Assembly (NCBI GenBank): GCA_963729625.1
Contig: CAVSOU010000010.1
Location: 576,001 to 640,000, forward strand
Length of the DNA: 64,000 nt
From: an uncultured bacterium
GTDB taxonomy: Bacteria > Chloroflexota > UBA5177 > JANWHV01
Direction: 5' to 3'
The first letter of the stretch is position 1. Each line of letters opens with the position of its first letter. This document shows, piece after piece, positions 10,611 through 19,127 of the stretch. The translations under genes and the position numbers were made by a program. The notes below the pieces were generated by a model, which saw only the letters and a list, made by a program, of their open reading frames with translations, was not told the origin of the DNA and ran no database searches.

Positions 10611-10647
10611 GTGCCCTGTGTCGTGAGAATATCACGACACAGGGCAC
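10611..10647. repeat. Perfect 16-bp inverted repeat with a 5-nt loop
   Basis: GTGCCCTGTGTCGTGA-GAATA-TCACGACACAGGGCAC. Confidence 0.9.
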
Positions 10648-10655
10648 CAGGTCAA
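10626..10655 (-). promoter_or_regulatory. Sigma70-type promoter of lacI-1
   Basis: TTGACC-18 nt-TATTCT with extended -10 TG on the minus strand. Confidence 0.6.
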
Positions 10656-10721
10656 GCGCAATACTGCGGGGGATCGACCGCTCTCAACGCCGAGGACTTC
10701 TCACCGGGCTGTTCAATATGA

Positions 10722-10751
10722 TTGCGGTGTCAGGTTGGCGCAGCTTACACT
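10722..10751 (+). promoter_or_regulatory. Candidate sigma70 promoter with no credible downstream CDS
   Basis: TTGCGG-18 nt-TACACT. Confidence 0.4.
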
Positions 10752-10764
10752 TACTTTCGAGCGA

Positions 10765-10983
10765 GGAGAACTGCCGCCTTCACTCAGATCCCCTCGGCTG
10801 CAGCGGCTTGGTCGGCCGATGATCGCCAGCTGGCGATCATCGGCGCGACTGCGTCCGCCGGCCACATCTCGCGCGGCGTCGTCAGGCGGTAGCACCCGGG
10901 GCCGGGGATGTGTCCCGACGAGCCCGCTACCACGCTCTCACGGTCGTATAGGGCGACTCGGGTAAGAGCTTCAGCAGTTCTCC
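10765..10983 (+). ncRNA. Candidate structured non-coding RNA or MITE-like element (unassigned)
   Basis: 10-bp terminal inverted repeat GGAGAACTGC/GCAGTTCTCC, internal perfect 30-bp palindrome at 10815-10844, further stems, and an upstream promoter-like sequence. Confidence 0.35.
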
Positions 10984-11047
10984 CCGGTTGCCATCTGTAG
11001 CCGCTGTTCAGTCGTGCCGGCTCTACACCCGGACACCATCACACCGC

Positions 11048-13150
11048 TCAGTCATCTGCGCGCGAGAGCACCACGATGGTGTAGAGCGGAAGGTTGAGCA
11101 GTGCGATCCGGTGTACGTCGCCCACCACCAGGACGGCCGCCTCAGGCATTCCGGACGGGCTATACACCGCCGCGCGACCAAATCGCTCCGGCAGGCGGAG
11201 ATCGAGCTGCAACTCCGGCAGATCGGGCACGCAGTCCGCGGCCTCGTCGTAGTCGTAACGGATGATGTGTACGGCGGCGCCATGCTCCACGCGCTGGACA
11301 TTGATTGCCAGTTCATGTGACTCGTGCAGCCGCGCCTGTGGTCCCAGCGGCAGATCACCGATGCTGAAGTCTTTCGCGCTCGACACCTGCACTGAGCCTC
11401 GGTGGCCGAGTATCGCCTCGCGCAGCTGCGCCGGCAGGTTGCGCCCGCACTCGCCCAGCACGACGAGCCGTCCGCCCAGCTCCAGGTAGGCGATCAAGAG
11501 TTCGGCCTGCGCCATCGTCAGGCACCAGCAGTCCGGCAGCAGCAGCGTGCCGTACTGGGCCAGGTCGGCCACCTGGAGCACATCCGCCCGGAGCAGCCCA
11601 TCCGGGAAGAACACCACGTCATAGGGCTGGGACCCCGCGCTCAAGGTGGCGCAGACCTGTCGGAAGGGGAGCTCGGGACCGAGCGAATCGTTCACCCGCA
11701 CGTCGGCCAGGAGGTCGCGTTCCGTAATCCGCTGGAAGTTGCTCTCCACGCTGAAGACGACTGCCGTATCCGAGCAGGTTCGGCTGCTGTACAACGCCTC
11801 ATGCTTTGCTAGAAACTGCCCGATCTCCACGCACAGCTCATGCGGAGCGTAAAAGGCGTCCTGGATCACACTGCCCATCCACGAGCCGTAGGGAAGGCTC
11901 ATGTTCGCCCCCAGGGCGGCCGCTTCATAGACGGAGCAGCGGAACCGGTCGTAGCCCCGGCCCTGCTCCAGGCGCCGCACCAGTTCCGGCACAACACCCC
12001 CATACGGGTTCTCCACCACCACGACCGGCTTGGCCCCTGCAAACCCAGCCACATAGCGATACCACTCCGGCTGCCGGTAGCGCGTGTTGCGCATCTCCGT
12101 GATCAGCACATCGACCTGCGGCTCCAACGCGTAGTAATGATCGAACAGGTTGAAAAAGTTCCCCGACACCAGCACGTCCTGGCCCTTGCTCGTCGCGTAC
12201 GCGCGCGCATAGTCCGCCAACTCGCCGAAGGTGCGAGCGACGGACTGGCGCTGGTACCGCAGGTAGTGCCAGAAGAGCGGCGTCCGGGCGACGTCGATCT
12301 TGAAGTCGTAGCCACGCTCGAGAAGCCAGGGCCCGTAGGCAAAACGCGCCAGGTCGGTGCCGGCAAGTTCGGCAGGAAGCCGGTCGGCAGGGAGTGCCTG
12401 CACATAGGCGCGAAAACCCTTCGTGCAATCCTTGCAGAAGCAGCCGCCGTACTGCAGACTGGTAAGCGGCGTCTCCGCTTCATCCAACTGTACGCCGGCT
12501 ACTCCGGCGTCGATCTGGATGCGGATAATTGCTTTGAGATACTCTCGCCAGACCGGGTTGTTGCGGTCCATCAGGTAGCAGTAGTGGGGTCGGTCGGGAC
12601 ATTCCACCCAACGGGCGTGGCAGGCCGTGCCATGAATGTCGCGGCTGCAGCACTCCTCCAACAGGTCGGTCACCTGTTCGCCGTCGCTGTTGACCAACCC
12701 GCCAGGGAAGTAGGATTCGAACGACCGCCACAGTTTGGGATAACGGTTCTGCGTGAACTCCCGCAGACCCATCCACCCCGGCTTGCCCACTCCCCGCAGC
12801 TCGTTAAGCGCGAGGACCGAGTCTTCCGCTTCGTTCACCTCGACGGGGAACTCCCAGCCCTGCACCTCGAACACGATGCCAAACACCTTGATGCCGCGCT
12901 GCTGGCACGCCTGGATGAACTCGCTGTCGTCGACGAAGCCGTAGAAGCGGTAGCGAGGATCGATAGCCCCGTGGGCCTCCTGCTCCAAGTAGGGCAGCGC
13001 GATCGAGCCGCCCCCCAGAGCCGACCAGACCAGCATCGTCGCCTTGAACTCCTCCAGCTGTTCTACCATGCGCAGACGACGTGGCGGCAGGCTCGGATGG
13101 TAGCAGTGCTGGCCCGGATACCAGGCGTCGAAGTAGACTCCGCGCTCCAT
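11048..13150 (-). CDS. Uncharacterised 700-aa glycoside-hydrolase-like protein (TIM barrel plus GH42-like trimerisation domain)
   Basis: NNPVWREYL...GVAGVQLDE, CFCKDC Cys cluster, C-terminal YDVV...LAQYGTLLLP...YLELGGRLVV; good RBS; no signal peptide. Confidence 0.6.
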   Translation of the reverse strand: MERGVYFDAWYPGQHCYHPSLPPRRLRMVEQLEEFKATMLVWSALGGGSIALPYLEQEAHGAIDPRYRFYGFVDDSEFIQACQQRGIKVFGIVFEVQGWEFPVEVNEAEDSVLALNELRGVGKPGWMGLREFTQNRYPKLWRSFESYFPGGLVNSDGEQVTDLLEECCSRDIHGTACHARWVECPDRPHYCYLMDRNNPVWREYLKAIIRIQIDAGVAGVQLDEAETPLTSLQYGGCFCKDCTKGFRAYVQALPADRLPAELAGTDLARFAYGPWLLERGYDFKIDVARTPLFWHYLRYQRQSVARTFGELADYARAYATSKGQDVLVSGNFFNLFDHYYALEPQVDVLITEMRNTRYRQPEWYRYVAGFAGAKPVVVVENPYGGVVPELVRRLEQGRGYDRFRCSVYEAAALGANMSLPYGSWMGSVIQDAFYAPHELCVEIGQFLAKHEALYSSRTCSDTAVVFSVESNFQRITERDLLADVRVNDSLGPELPFRQVCATLSAGSQPYDVVFFPDGLLRADVLQVADLAQYGTLLLPDCWCLTMAQAELLIAYLELGGRLVVLGECGRNLPAQLREAILGHRGSVQVSSAKDFSIGDLPLGPQARLHESHELAINVQRVEHGAAVHIIRYDYDEAADCVPDLPELQLDLRLPERFGRAAVYSPSGMPEAAVLVVGDVHRIALLNLPLYTIVVLSRADD

Positions 13151-13356
13151 ATTTGCTCCCTTCCTCGCTCCAGTTGGCCACGGACCGCTACCGCGGATGA
13201 AGACGTCACACGCCCGGCCGAAGCCGGCCTCGTTCCTTCCATGCGGAGGCTATTGTTAGCTCAAGCTAGATCCATTGGTTGGCGCTTGCCTTGCACAGTG
13301 ATCGCGCAACCCAGGAGGTCAACCATACTGCGAACCCGGCAGGCGACCCCATTGCG

Positions 13357-13384
13357 AGTGTAGCAGGCTGGCGGCCGTCGCCAA
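13357..13384 (-). promoter_or_regulatory. Candidate promoter of the 700-aa gene
   Basis: TTGGCG-16 nt-TACACT with extended -10 TG. Confidence 0.4.
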
Positions 13385-13461
13385 GCGGATCCCCGAGTGT
13401 CGCGCACCTACCGTCGGTGCCGGCGTACAGGCGAGAGTTGGCGTTGGAAGGGCAGAAGGCT

Positions 13462-13962
13462 CTAGTGGCGCCCCTGCGCGGACCAGCGTGCCTCGGCAGC
13501 CGCGTGGGGCGACGCCGATGTAATCTCCATAAGCTCGATTCTGTTGCCGTCGGGGTCCGCGACCCAGTACTGCCTATTGTGATCGGGCCCTTCGGACGCG
13601 ACGCCAAGGCGCTCGGCAGGCACGCCCCGTGCCGCCAGCTCGCGCACGGTGGCGTCGACGTCGTCCACCGTCAACGAGAAGTGGTGGTAACTGTTTCCGG
13701 TGCTGGAATCGATGTCACTCGACTTGAGCGCGAAGCGCGGCTCACCAGTGCCCAGCCTGGCCGCAGTTCCCTCAGGAGCACCCACCGGGAAGAGCTCGAT
13801 GTACTGGCCGGGAGCCAACTGGATGTAGACAATCCACGGGGATGGGCTGCCTTCACGGTCGAGGCGAAATGCCTCCTGGAAGCCAAGGATATCGCAATAG
13901 AAATGCAATGAGCGTTCGAGGTCTGCTATGCGAAACGCCAGGTGACCGATACCCTTGATCAC
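13462..13962 (-). CDS. VOC/glyoxalase-family protein, paralogue B
   Basis: Same motif set as 4103-4585; GTG start after AGGAGG. Confidence 0.9.
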   Translation of the reverse strand: MIKGIGHLAFRIADLERSLHFYCDILGFQEAFRLDREGSPSPWIVYIQLAPGQYIELFPVGAPEGTAARLGTGEPRFALKSSDIDSSTGNSYHHFSLTVDDVDATVRELAARGVPAERLGVASEGPDHNRQYWVADPDGNRIELMEITSASPHAAAEARWSAQGRH

Positions 13963-14058
13963 TTCCTGCCCTCCTGAGACTATTCAACACTCTGCCGTTG
14001 TCGTAAAGAGGCCCCATTCCAGCCGCGCCACCGTGTAAACCCGTCACCGAGCACTGCC

Positions 14059-15141
14059 TCACCCCGGTGGTCCACATGATTCGCGGACCACGAACGTTGG
14101 CGGGACGATTACCGTCTTGCCAGGGGCGCAGAATATGCTGTCCAGGGACTCCCCTGTGACCCTATCCAGAAGCGCCGCCGCCGCGAGCTCAGCCATCGTC
14201 TCGACGGGCTGGCGGACGGTAGTCAAGCCGGGCGTAGAGAGCGCAGCGAACTCAATGTCGTCAAAGCCGACAACGGACAGGTCCTCCGGCACACGGATGC
14301 CGGCCAGGAGAGCGGTCTTGAGAACCGTGATCGCCGCCGCATCGCAATCGGTGAAGACTGCGGTCGGGGGCCGACCGACGCCAAGCAGGTGTCGCAGCGC
14401 GGCCTGAGCGGCGCCGAGATCGCGATGGTCGACCGCCACTTCCAGGGCAGAATCGTGGGCGAGACCGTGCGACTCCAGCGTGCTGGCGAAGGCGAGCGCG
14501 CGCTGGCGGTCCTCCCAGCAGCCCGTGCCCTGATCATTCCGGATATGAGCAATCCGAGTGTGGCCGAGGCTAATGAGGTGCTCCATCGCCAAGGTAACGC
14601 CGGCGACATCGTCCACGATGATCGCAGTCTCGCCCGCGACGCTCGGCCGGCTGGCCACGGTGACAACATGACGATACTCTCGCACCAACCGCGCCAGCGC
14701 TTCACTAAATGCCTCATCCGAGCCCTGCAGAAACCTGCCACCGATGACGACCGCGCCGTCGACGCGATCGCTGCTTGGAAGGCCGGCGAGCGTCAGTCCG
14801 TCCACGTCGTCGTCTTCGGCGATATGAAACAACAGATGGCTGCCCTGCTCCCGGCATCTAGCATAGAGCACATGAAGAACCTCGACGGCAAAAGGGAGCG
14901 ACAAATCTGACACGATCACGCCGATAGTACTCGCGCGGGCGGTACGCAGGCTGCGCGCCCAAGGGTTGGGGCGGTACTGCAATTCGCCCGCTGCCTTGCG
15001 GACGCGCTCGACGATATCGGGACGGACTGAGCCGGTTCCCTTGCCGTCGTTGAGCACCCGTGAAACGCTTGCCATCGAGACGCCCGCAACCCGGGCCACG
15101 TCCCGGATGCCAACCTGCGCCCGTATTGCATGTCTACTCAC
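14059..15141 (-). CDS. LacI-family transcriptional regulator 2
   Basis: GIRDVARVAGVSMASVSRVLN, YRPNPWARSL, DLSVVGFDD, LTTVRQP. Start moved to GTG 15141, after GGAG. Confidence 0.93.
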   Translation of the reverse strand: MSRHAIRAQVGIRDVARVAGVSMASVSRVLNDGKGTGSVRPDIVERVRKAAGELQYRPNPWARSLRTARASTIGVIVSDLSLPFAVEVLHVLYARCREQGSHLLFHIAEDDDVDGLTLAGLPSSDRVDGAVVIGGRFLQGSDEAFSEALARLVREYRHVVTVASRPSVAGETAIIVDDVAGVTLAMEHLISLGHTRIAHIRNDQGTGCWEDRQRALAFASTLESHGLAHDSALEVAVDHRDLGAAQAALRHLLGVGRPPTAVFTDCDAAAITVLKTALLAGIRVPEDLSVVGFDDIEFAALSTPGLTTVRQPVETMAELAAAALLDRVTGESLDSIFCAPGKTVIVPPTFVVRESCGPPG

Positions 15142-15192
15142 GTCACTGCTCCAGCGCCGGCAGAAGGCCGTTTGTGAATCCTTTTCCCGCCA

Positions 15193-15221
15193 AGAATAGC
15201 ACTGTGTGCTGGCGCTGTCAA
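15193..15221 (-). promoter_or_regulatory. Sigma70 promoter of lacI-2 and VOC-B
   Basis: TTGACA-17 nt-TATTCT with extended -10 TG. Confidence 0.75.
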
Positions 15222-15348
15222 CGCGAGTCGCTGCATCTGCCCGCCTCGATCTTCCATCCGCACGAGGCTGTTTCGTCTTGTGCTGAACTCCGCATTGGCC
15301 ACCGGCGCCGTTTGGACGTCGCGATGTCGATGTTCGCGTCGCGGGGTC

Positions 15349-15377
15349 TTGACTGCGCACGGAAACTGTGCTAGGCT
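15349..15377 (+). promoter_or_regulatory. Sigma70 promoter of the lacI-3/ABC operon
   Basis: TTGACT-17 nt-TAGGCT with extended -10 TG. Confidence 0.7.
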
Positions 15378-15393
15378 CGTGAAAACTGTTGTG

Positions 15394-15408
15394 CAGAAAC
15401 GTTTTCTG
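15394..15408. promoter_or_regulatory. Probable LacI-family operator
   Basis: Near-palindrome CAGAAACGTTTTCTG with central CG, just downstream of the predicted transcription start. Confidence 0.55.
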
Positions 15409-15441
15409 GCATGTGCTGCCGACGGCAAAGCGGGACTAAGC

Positions 15442-16503
15442 ATGGGGGCAACGATTCGCGACGTGGCCGAGCTGGCAGGGGTCTCCGCATCGACGGTCTC
15501 GGGCGTGCTCAGCGTCAGGTCCGGAAACGCCAGGGTGAGCCCCGGCACCGCTGAGCGCGTCCGCAGCGCGGCTGCCAGCTTGAACTACCGGCCCAATGCC
15601 GCGGCACGCGGGCTGCGAACCGCCCAGACACAGACCATCGGGGTCATCGCCCGCAATCTGCTCCACCCTTTCGCCGCCGAGTTGTTGCGCAGTGTTTCCG
15701 CCGAATGCCGCGCGCGCGGCTACCACATGCTGGTCGGGCACGCCGAGCACGACAGCACGGAAGGATGGGTGCTCGGAGACATCTTGAGCGCCGACCGCGT
15801 CGATGGCGTCCTCTTGCTGGGTGATATCCTCTCGGGCAATAAGCGCCAGGAGCGCATGAGCCGGGTTTTGAAGACGCATCGGCATGTGGTGACGGTCAGC
15901 AGCCATCCCAGCGTGGTAGGCGAGCCCGCGGTGCTCGTCGACAATGAGCGTGGGGTCTGGATGGCGCTTCAGCACCTGGTCGCCCAGGGCCATCAGTCAA
16001 TCGGCTATATCAATCAGCCGCTCGGCCCCGAGTCCTGGGAAGACCAGCAGCGCCGAGCGGCGTACCGCAGATTCCTCAGCGTGCACGGCCTTCCCTACAC
16101 GGAAGCGTCCGAGGTGACGGCGACCGGCCAGGTAGGGGCTATGGTGAAGACGCTTCGGGAACTCGTTGCCCGACCCGATCGACCGACGGCTGTTCTGGTT
16201 ATCCCGGACGCCGTAGCGGTGGTGGTGATCAAGGCGGCCTTCGCCTGCGGGATACGCGTTCCCGACGACCTGTCCGTGGTTGGCTTCGACGACATTCCGT
16301 TCGCAGCGCTGAGCTCGCCGGGCCTGACCACGGTGCGACAGCCTGTCGAGAGCATGGGACATTTCGCCGCGGGGGCCTTGCTGGACCGAATTGCCGGCGA
16401 TGCTCAGGGAGCGCCCGTGACGCTCGAGCCCGCGGCAGATGCTACGGTGGTGTTTCCGCCGACGCTGGTAGTACGTGAGTCGGTGTGTCCTAGGCGGCAG
16501 TGA
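15442..16503 (+). CDS. LacI-family transcriptional regulator 3
   Basis: ATIRDVAELAGVSASTVSGVL, YRPNAAARGL, DLSVVGFDD, LTTVRQP. Start moved to ATG 15442. Confidence 0.93.
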   Translation: MGATIRDVAELAGVSASTVSGVLSVRSGNARVSPGTAERVRSAAASLNYRPNAAARGLRTAQTQTIGVIARNLLHPFAAELLRSVSAECRARGYHMLVGHAEHDSTEGWVLGDILSADRVDGVLLLGDILSGNKRQERMSRVLKTHRHVVTVSSHPSVVGEPAVLVDNERGVWMALQHLVAQGHQSIGYINQPLGPESWEDQQRRAAYRRFLSVHGLPYTEASEVTATGQVGAMVKTLRELVARPDRPTAVLVIPDAVAVVVIKAAFACGIRVPDDLSVVGFDDIPFAALSSPGLTTVRQPVESMGHFAAGALLDRIAGDAQGAPVTLEPAADATVVFPPTLVVRESVCPRRQ

Positions 16504-16684
16504 CGGTCCAGCCGGCGTAGAGAGAAACACGGACGCCTGACCAGGTGCAGGTTCAAGAGAAAGGAGGTGAGCACAGAAGGGAAATGCCAGAGTCTTGTTC
16601 GCGTACTGGGGCCCGGGTCTTGAGGCGGTAGAGGTACAGCTCCGGCCACCTAGTGGCCGGAAGAACCTAAGGGAGAGGCATTGT

Positions 16685-18064
16685 ATGGAATTCGATAGGT
16701 CCTTTTCACGCCGTGGCTTCCTGGCCGGCACGGCGGCCGCGGGAGCCGCGCTCGCGGCCGGTTCGATCCTTCCTGGCCGGATCGACGCGGCGTCGGCAGC
16801 GGCACCGGTCAACATTTCGTACTGGTTCCCGTGGGGCAGCGACTCCAAGACCTACGAAGAGAACCGCTGCAAGCAGTTCAACGCCACCCACAAGGACATC
16901 CAGGCTACGGCCATCTATGTTCCGCCGCATTCCGGCGTGGACAACGGCAAGCTGCTCTCGGCGATTGCCTCGGGTAACGTTCCCGACCTGGTGACGTGCG
17001 ACATCCCCAGCGCTGGCGCGGTGATGGGCTATCAGGGCGGCCTAATGGATGTGACGCCGTACCTGAAGGCCGCGGGCTGGTCGCCGAGCCAGATGCTGCC
17101 GGCCATCCTCCAGCTGATGGAGTACTCTGGCGGCAAGATCTGGGCCATGCCGGAGACAGGGAACCTGAACTATCTGTACATCAACCGGACGCTGTTCAAG
17201 CAGGCCGGCCTGGACCCGAACCGGCCGCCGCAGACGATCGCGGAGCTCGACGCCATGGCCGCCAAGCTGACCGTGCCGGGCAGTGGAGGCAAGTTCAAGA
17301 CCGTGGGCTTCGTGCCGTGGGCCTATGAGGGCGGCGGTGGTCAGGGCACCGCCGGCGTCTATACGTGGCCGTGGGTGTTCGGGGGCAACTACACCAAGGT
17401 GGTCAACGGCAAGGTGATGCTCACGCTCAACGACCCGGCTGCCATCCGCGCCCTGGAGTGGGAGACGAGCTACGCCAAGAAGTACGGCGCGGATAAGATG
17501 CAGGTGACGGTCTCCGGCACGCTGGATCCGTTCTCGCCCAACGACCTGTTCATCACCGGCCAGATCGCCATGATGGTAGCCGGCAACTGGCATACCGAGG
17601 CCCTGCGCACCTACAACCCGAAGCTGGACTACGCGGTGTTCCCGATTCCTTATCCGCCGGGAGGCCGCAAGAACGCGTGCCTACTCTTCATGAACATCTA
17701 CATGGTGCCTGAAGGCGCCAAGCATCCGGCAGAGGCGGTGAGGTTCGCCATGTGGGCCGGGAACGGCACCGCGGTGATCGGCAACGAGGACATCTGGCGC
17801 ACGTACTCGGGCTACAAGCAGAAGCCGACCGACCCCAAGAACAAGTGGCAGCGGAGCAACGATGCCGCCTACAAGGTGACCCAGCTGCTTTCGGTCTCGC
17901 CCAACGCCACCAACGGCCCGTTGCTGCCCATCACTGCGCAGCTTACCAACGAGCTGTGGGCGGCGCAGCAGAAGGTGATCTATGGGCAGGCCACGGCGCA
18001 GGCGGCGCTGACCGACGTCCAGAACCGGCTGCAGCCCCTTCTGGACCAAGGGCTCAAGCAGTAA
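16685..18064 (+). CDS. CUT1 sugar ABC transporter solute-binding protein, Tat-exported
   Basis: SRRGFL Tat motif; LYINRTLFKQAGLDP..PPQT, FITGQIAM..GNW. Start at ATG 16685, after GGAGAGG. Confidence 0.9.
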   Translation: MEFDRSFSRRGFLAGTAAAGAALAAGSILPGRIDAASAAAPVNISYWFPWGSDSKTYEENRCKQFNATHKDIQATAIYVPPHSGVDNGKLLSAIASGNVPDLVTCDIPSAGAVMGYQGGLMDVTPYLKAAGWSPSQMLPAILQLMEYSGGKIWAMPETGNLNYLYINRTLFKQAGLDPNRPPQTIAELDAMAAKLTVPGSGGKFKTVGFVPWAYEGGGGQGTAGVYTWPWVFGGNYTKVVNGKVMLTLNDPAAIRALEWETSYAKKYGADKMQVTVSGTLDPFSPNDLFITGQIAMMVAGNWHTEALRTYNPKLDYAVFPIPYPPGGRKNACLLFMNIYMVPEGAKHPAEAVRFAMWAGNGTAVIGNEDIWRTYSGYKQKPTDPKNKWQRSNDAAYKVTQLLSVSPNATNGPLLPITAQLTNELWAAQQKVIYGQATAQAALTDVQNRLQPLLDQGLKQ

Positions 18065-18154
18065 GCGATTGACCGACTGCGCCGGAGTAGCAGGGTAGCC
18101 GCCTGTTGACCGGTAACGGCCGGCGCCTGAGGAAGGGCGGTAGCAGTACGCCGA

Positions 18155-18197
18155 TATGGGATAGAGGCAACATGGCCAGAGCGGCCTCTATCCCATA
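18155..18197 (+). other. 14-bp intergenic stem-loop between binding-protein and permease genes (no U-tract)
   Basis: TATGGGATAGAGGC...GCCTCTATCCCATA. Confidence 0.7.
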
Positions 18198-18233
18198 CGG
18201 ACCGTGGAGCAAGGTTACGAAGGAGGGTGAACC

Positions 18234-19127
18234 GTGCGTCGAATGGGGGCCTATGAGCGGCGCAACTTGCGCCTCGGCTTGTTCTTCGTCAGCCCCTGGC
18301 TCATTGGGTTGCTGGCCTTCTACCTCTACCCGATCGGCTCCTCGCTGTACTACAGCTTCACCGACTACAACGTGCTGCGGCCGCCGAGCTGGGTCGGGCT
18401 GGACAACTACCGGGCCATCCTCAGCGACCCGCTCTTCCAGACGTCGCTCAGCAACACGGCATTCCTAGTATTTGTCGGCATCCCCATCTACACGGTGGCG
18501 GATATCGCTGTCGCCATCCTCCTCAACAGCAAGGTGCCCGGCCAGACGTTCTACCGGGCCGTCGTGTTCTTGCCAACGCTGATTCCGGTAGTGGTGCTCT
18601 CCATCCTCTGGCAACGGCTCCTGGAGCCCCAAGCCGGACTGGTCAACCAGCTTCTGGGCTCGTTTGGCATAAATGGGCCCGGCTGGTTCGCCAGTCCGGA
18701 CTGGGCCAAGCCGGGGTTCATCCTGATGTCGCTCTGGGGGACGGGGAATGCTGTGGTGATCTACCTGGCCGGTCTACAGAATGTGGACAATACGCTTTAC
18801 GAGGCGGCCGACGTGGATGGCGCCAACTGGCGGCACAAGATCTGGCACGTCACCCTGCCCAGCCTCTCGCCGGTGATCCTCTTCAACGTGATCCTGGCGA
18901 TCATCGCCTCCTTTCAGTTCTTCACCCAGGCCTTCATCATCACGAACGGCGGGCCGATCAACGCCAGCCTGTTCTATTCGCTGTACCTGTACCAGCAGGG
19001 ATTCTCGTATCTCCACATGGGCTACGCCTCGGGGCTGGCCTGGATACTCCTGGTCATTGCGCTGGCCCTGACGGTGGTCGTACTGCGCAGCTCAGCGAGG
19101 TGGGTGTACTATGCAGGCTCCCGATAG
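18234..19127 (+). CDS. Carbohydrate ABC transporter permease (MalF-like)
   Basis: SPWLIG, WVGLDNY, IYLAGLQ...LYEAADVDGAN, MGYAS. Confidence 0.93.
   Translation: MRRMGAYERRNLRLGLFFVSPWLIGLLAFYLYPIGSSLYYSFTDYNVLRPPSWVGLDNYRAILSDPLFQTSLSNTAFLVFVGIPIYTVADIAVAILLNSKVPGQTFYRAVVFLPTLIPVVVLSILWQRLLEPQAGLVNQLLGSFGINGPGWFASPDWAKPGFILMSLWGTGNAVVIYLAGLQNVDNTLYEAADVDGANWRHKIWHVTLPSLSPVILFNVILAIIASFQFFTQAFIITNGGPINASLFYSLYLYQQGFSYLHMGYASGLAWILLVIALALTVVVLRSSARWVYYAGSR

Noticed and set aside
10860-10890. Hammerhead ribozyme (CTGACGA on the minus strand)
   Set aside because: No correctly placed GAAA after a stem II.
11840-13363. 507-aa plus-strand ORF, and similar long ORFs at 5649-6800, 7204-8496, 45015-46598, 53150-54523 and 60492-61664
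   Set aside because: All lie antisense to well-supported genes and have shadow-ORF composition.
15142-15441. N-terminal extensions of LacI-2 and LacI-3 in the ORF track (likewise for metK, ahcY, coaX, ispE, the LDT and the molybdoenzyme)
   Set aside because: The extensions overlap promoters or neighbouring genes, and downstream starts have better RBSs and match family N-termini.
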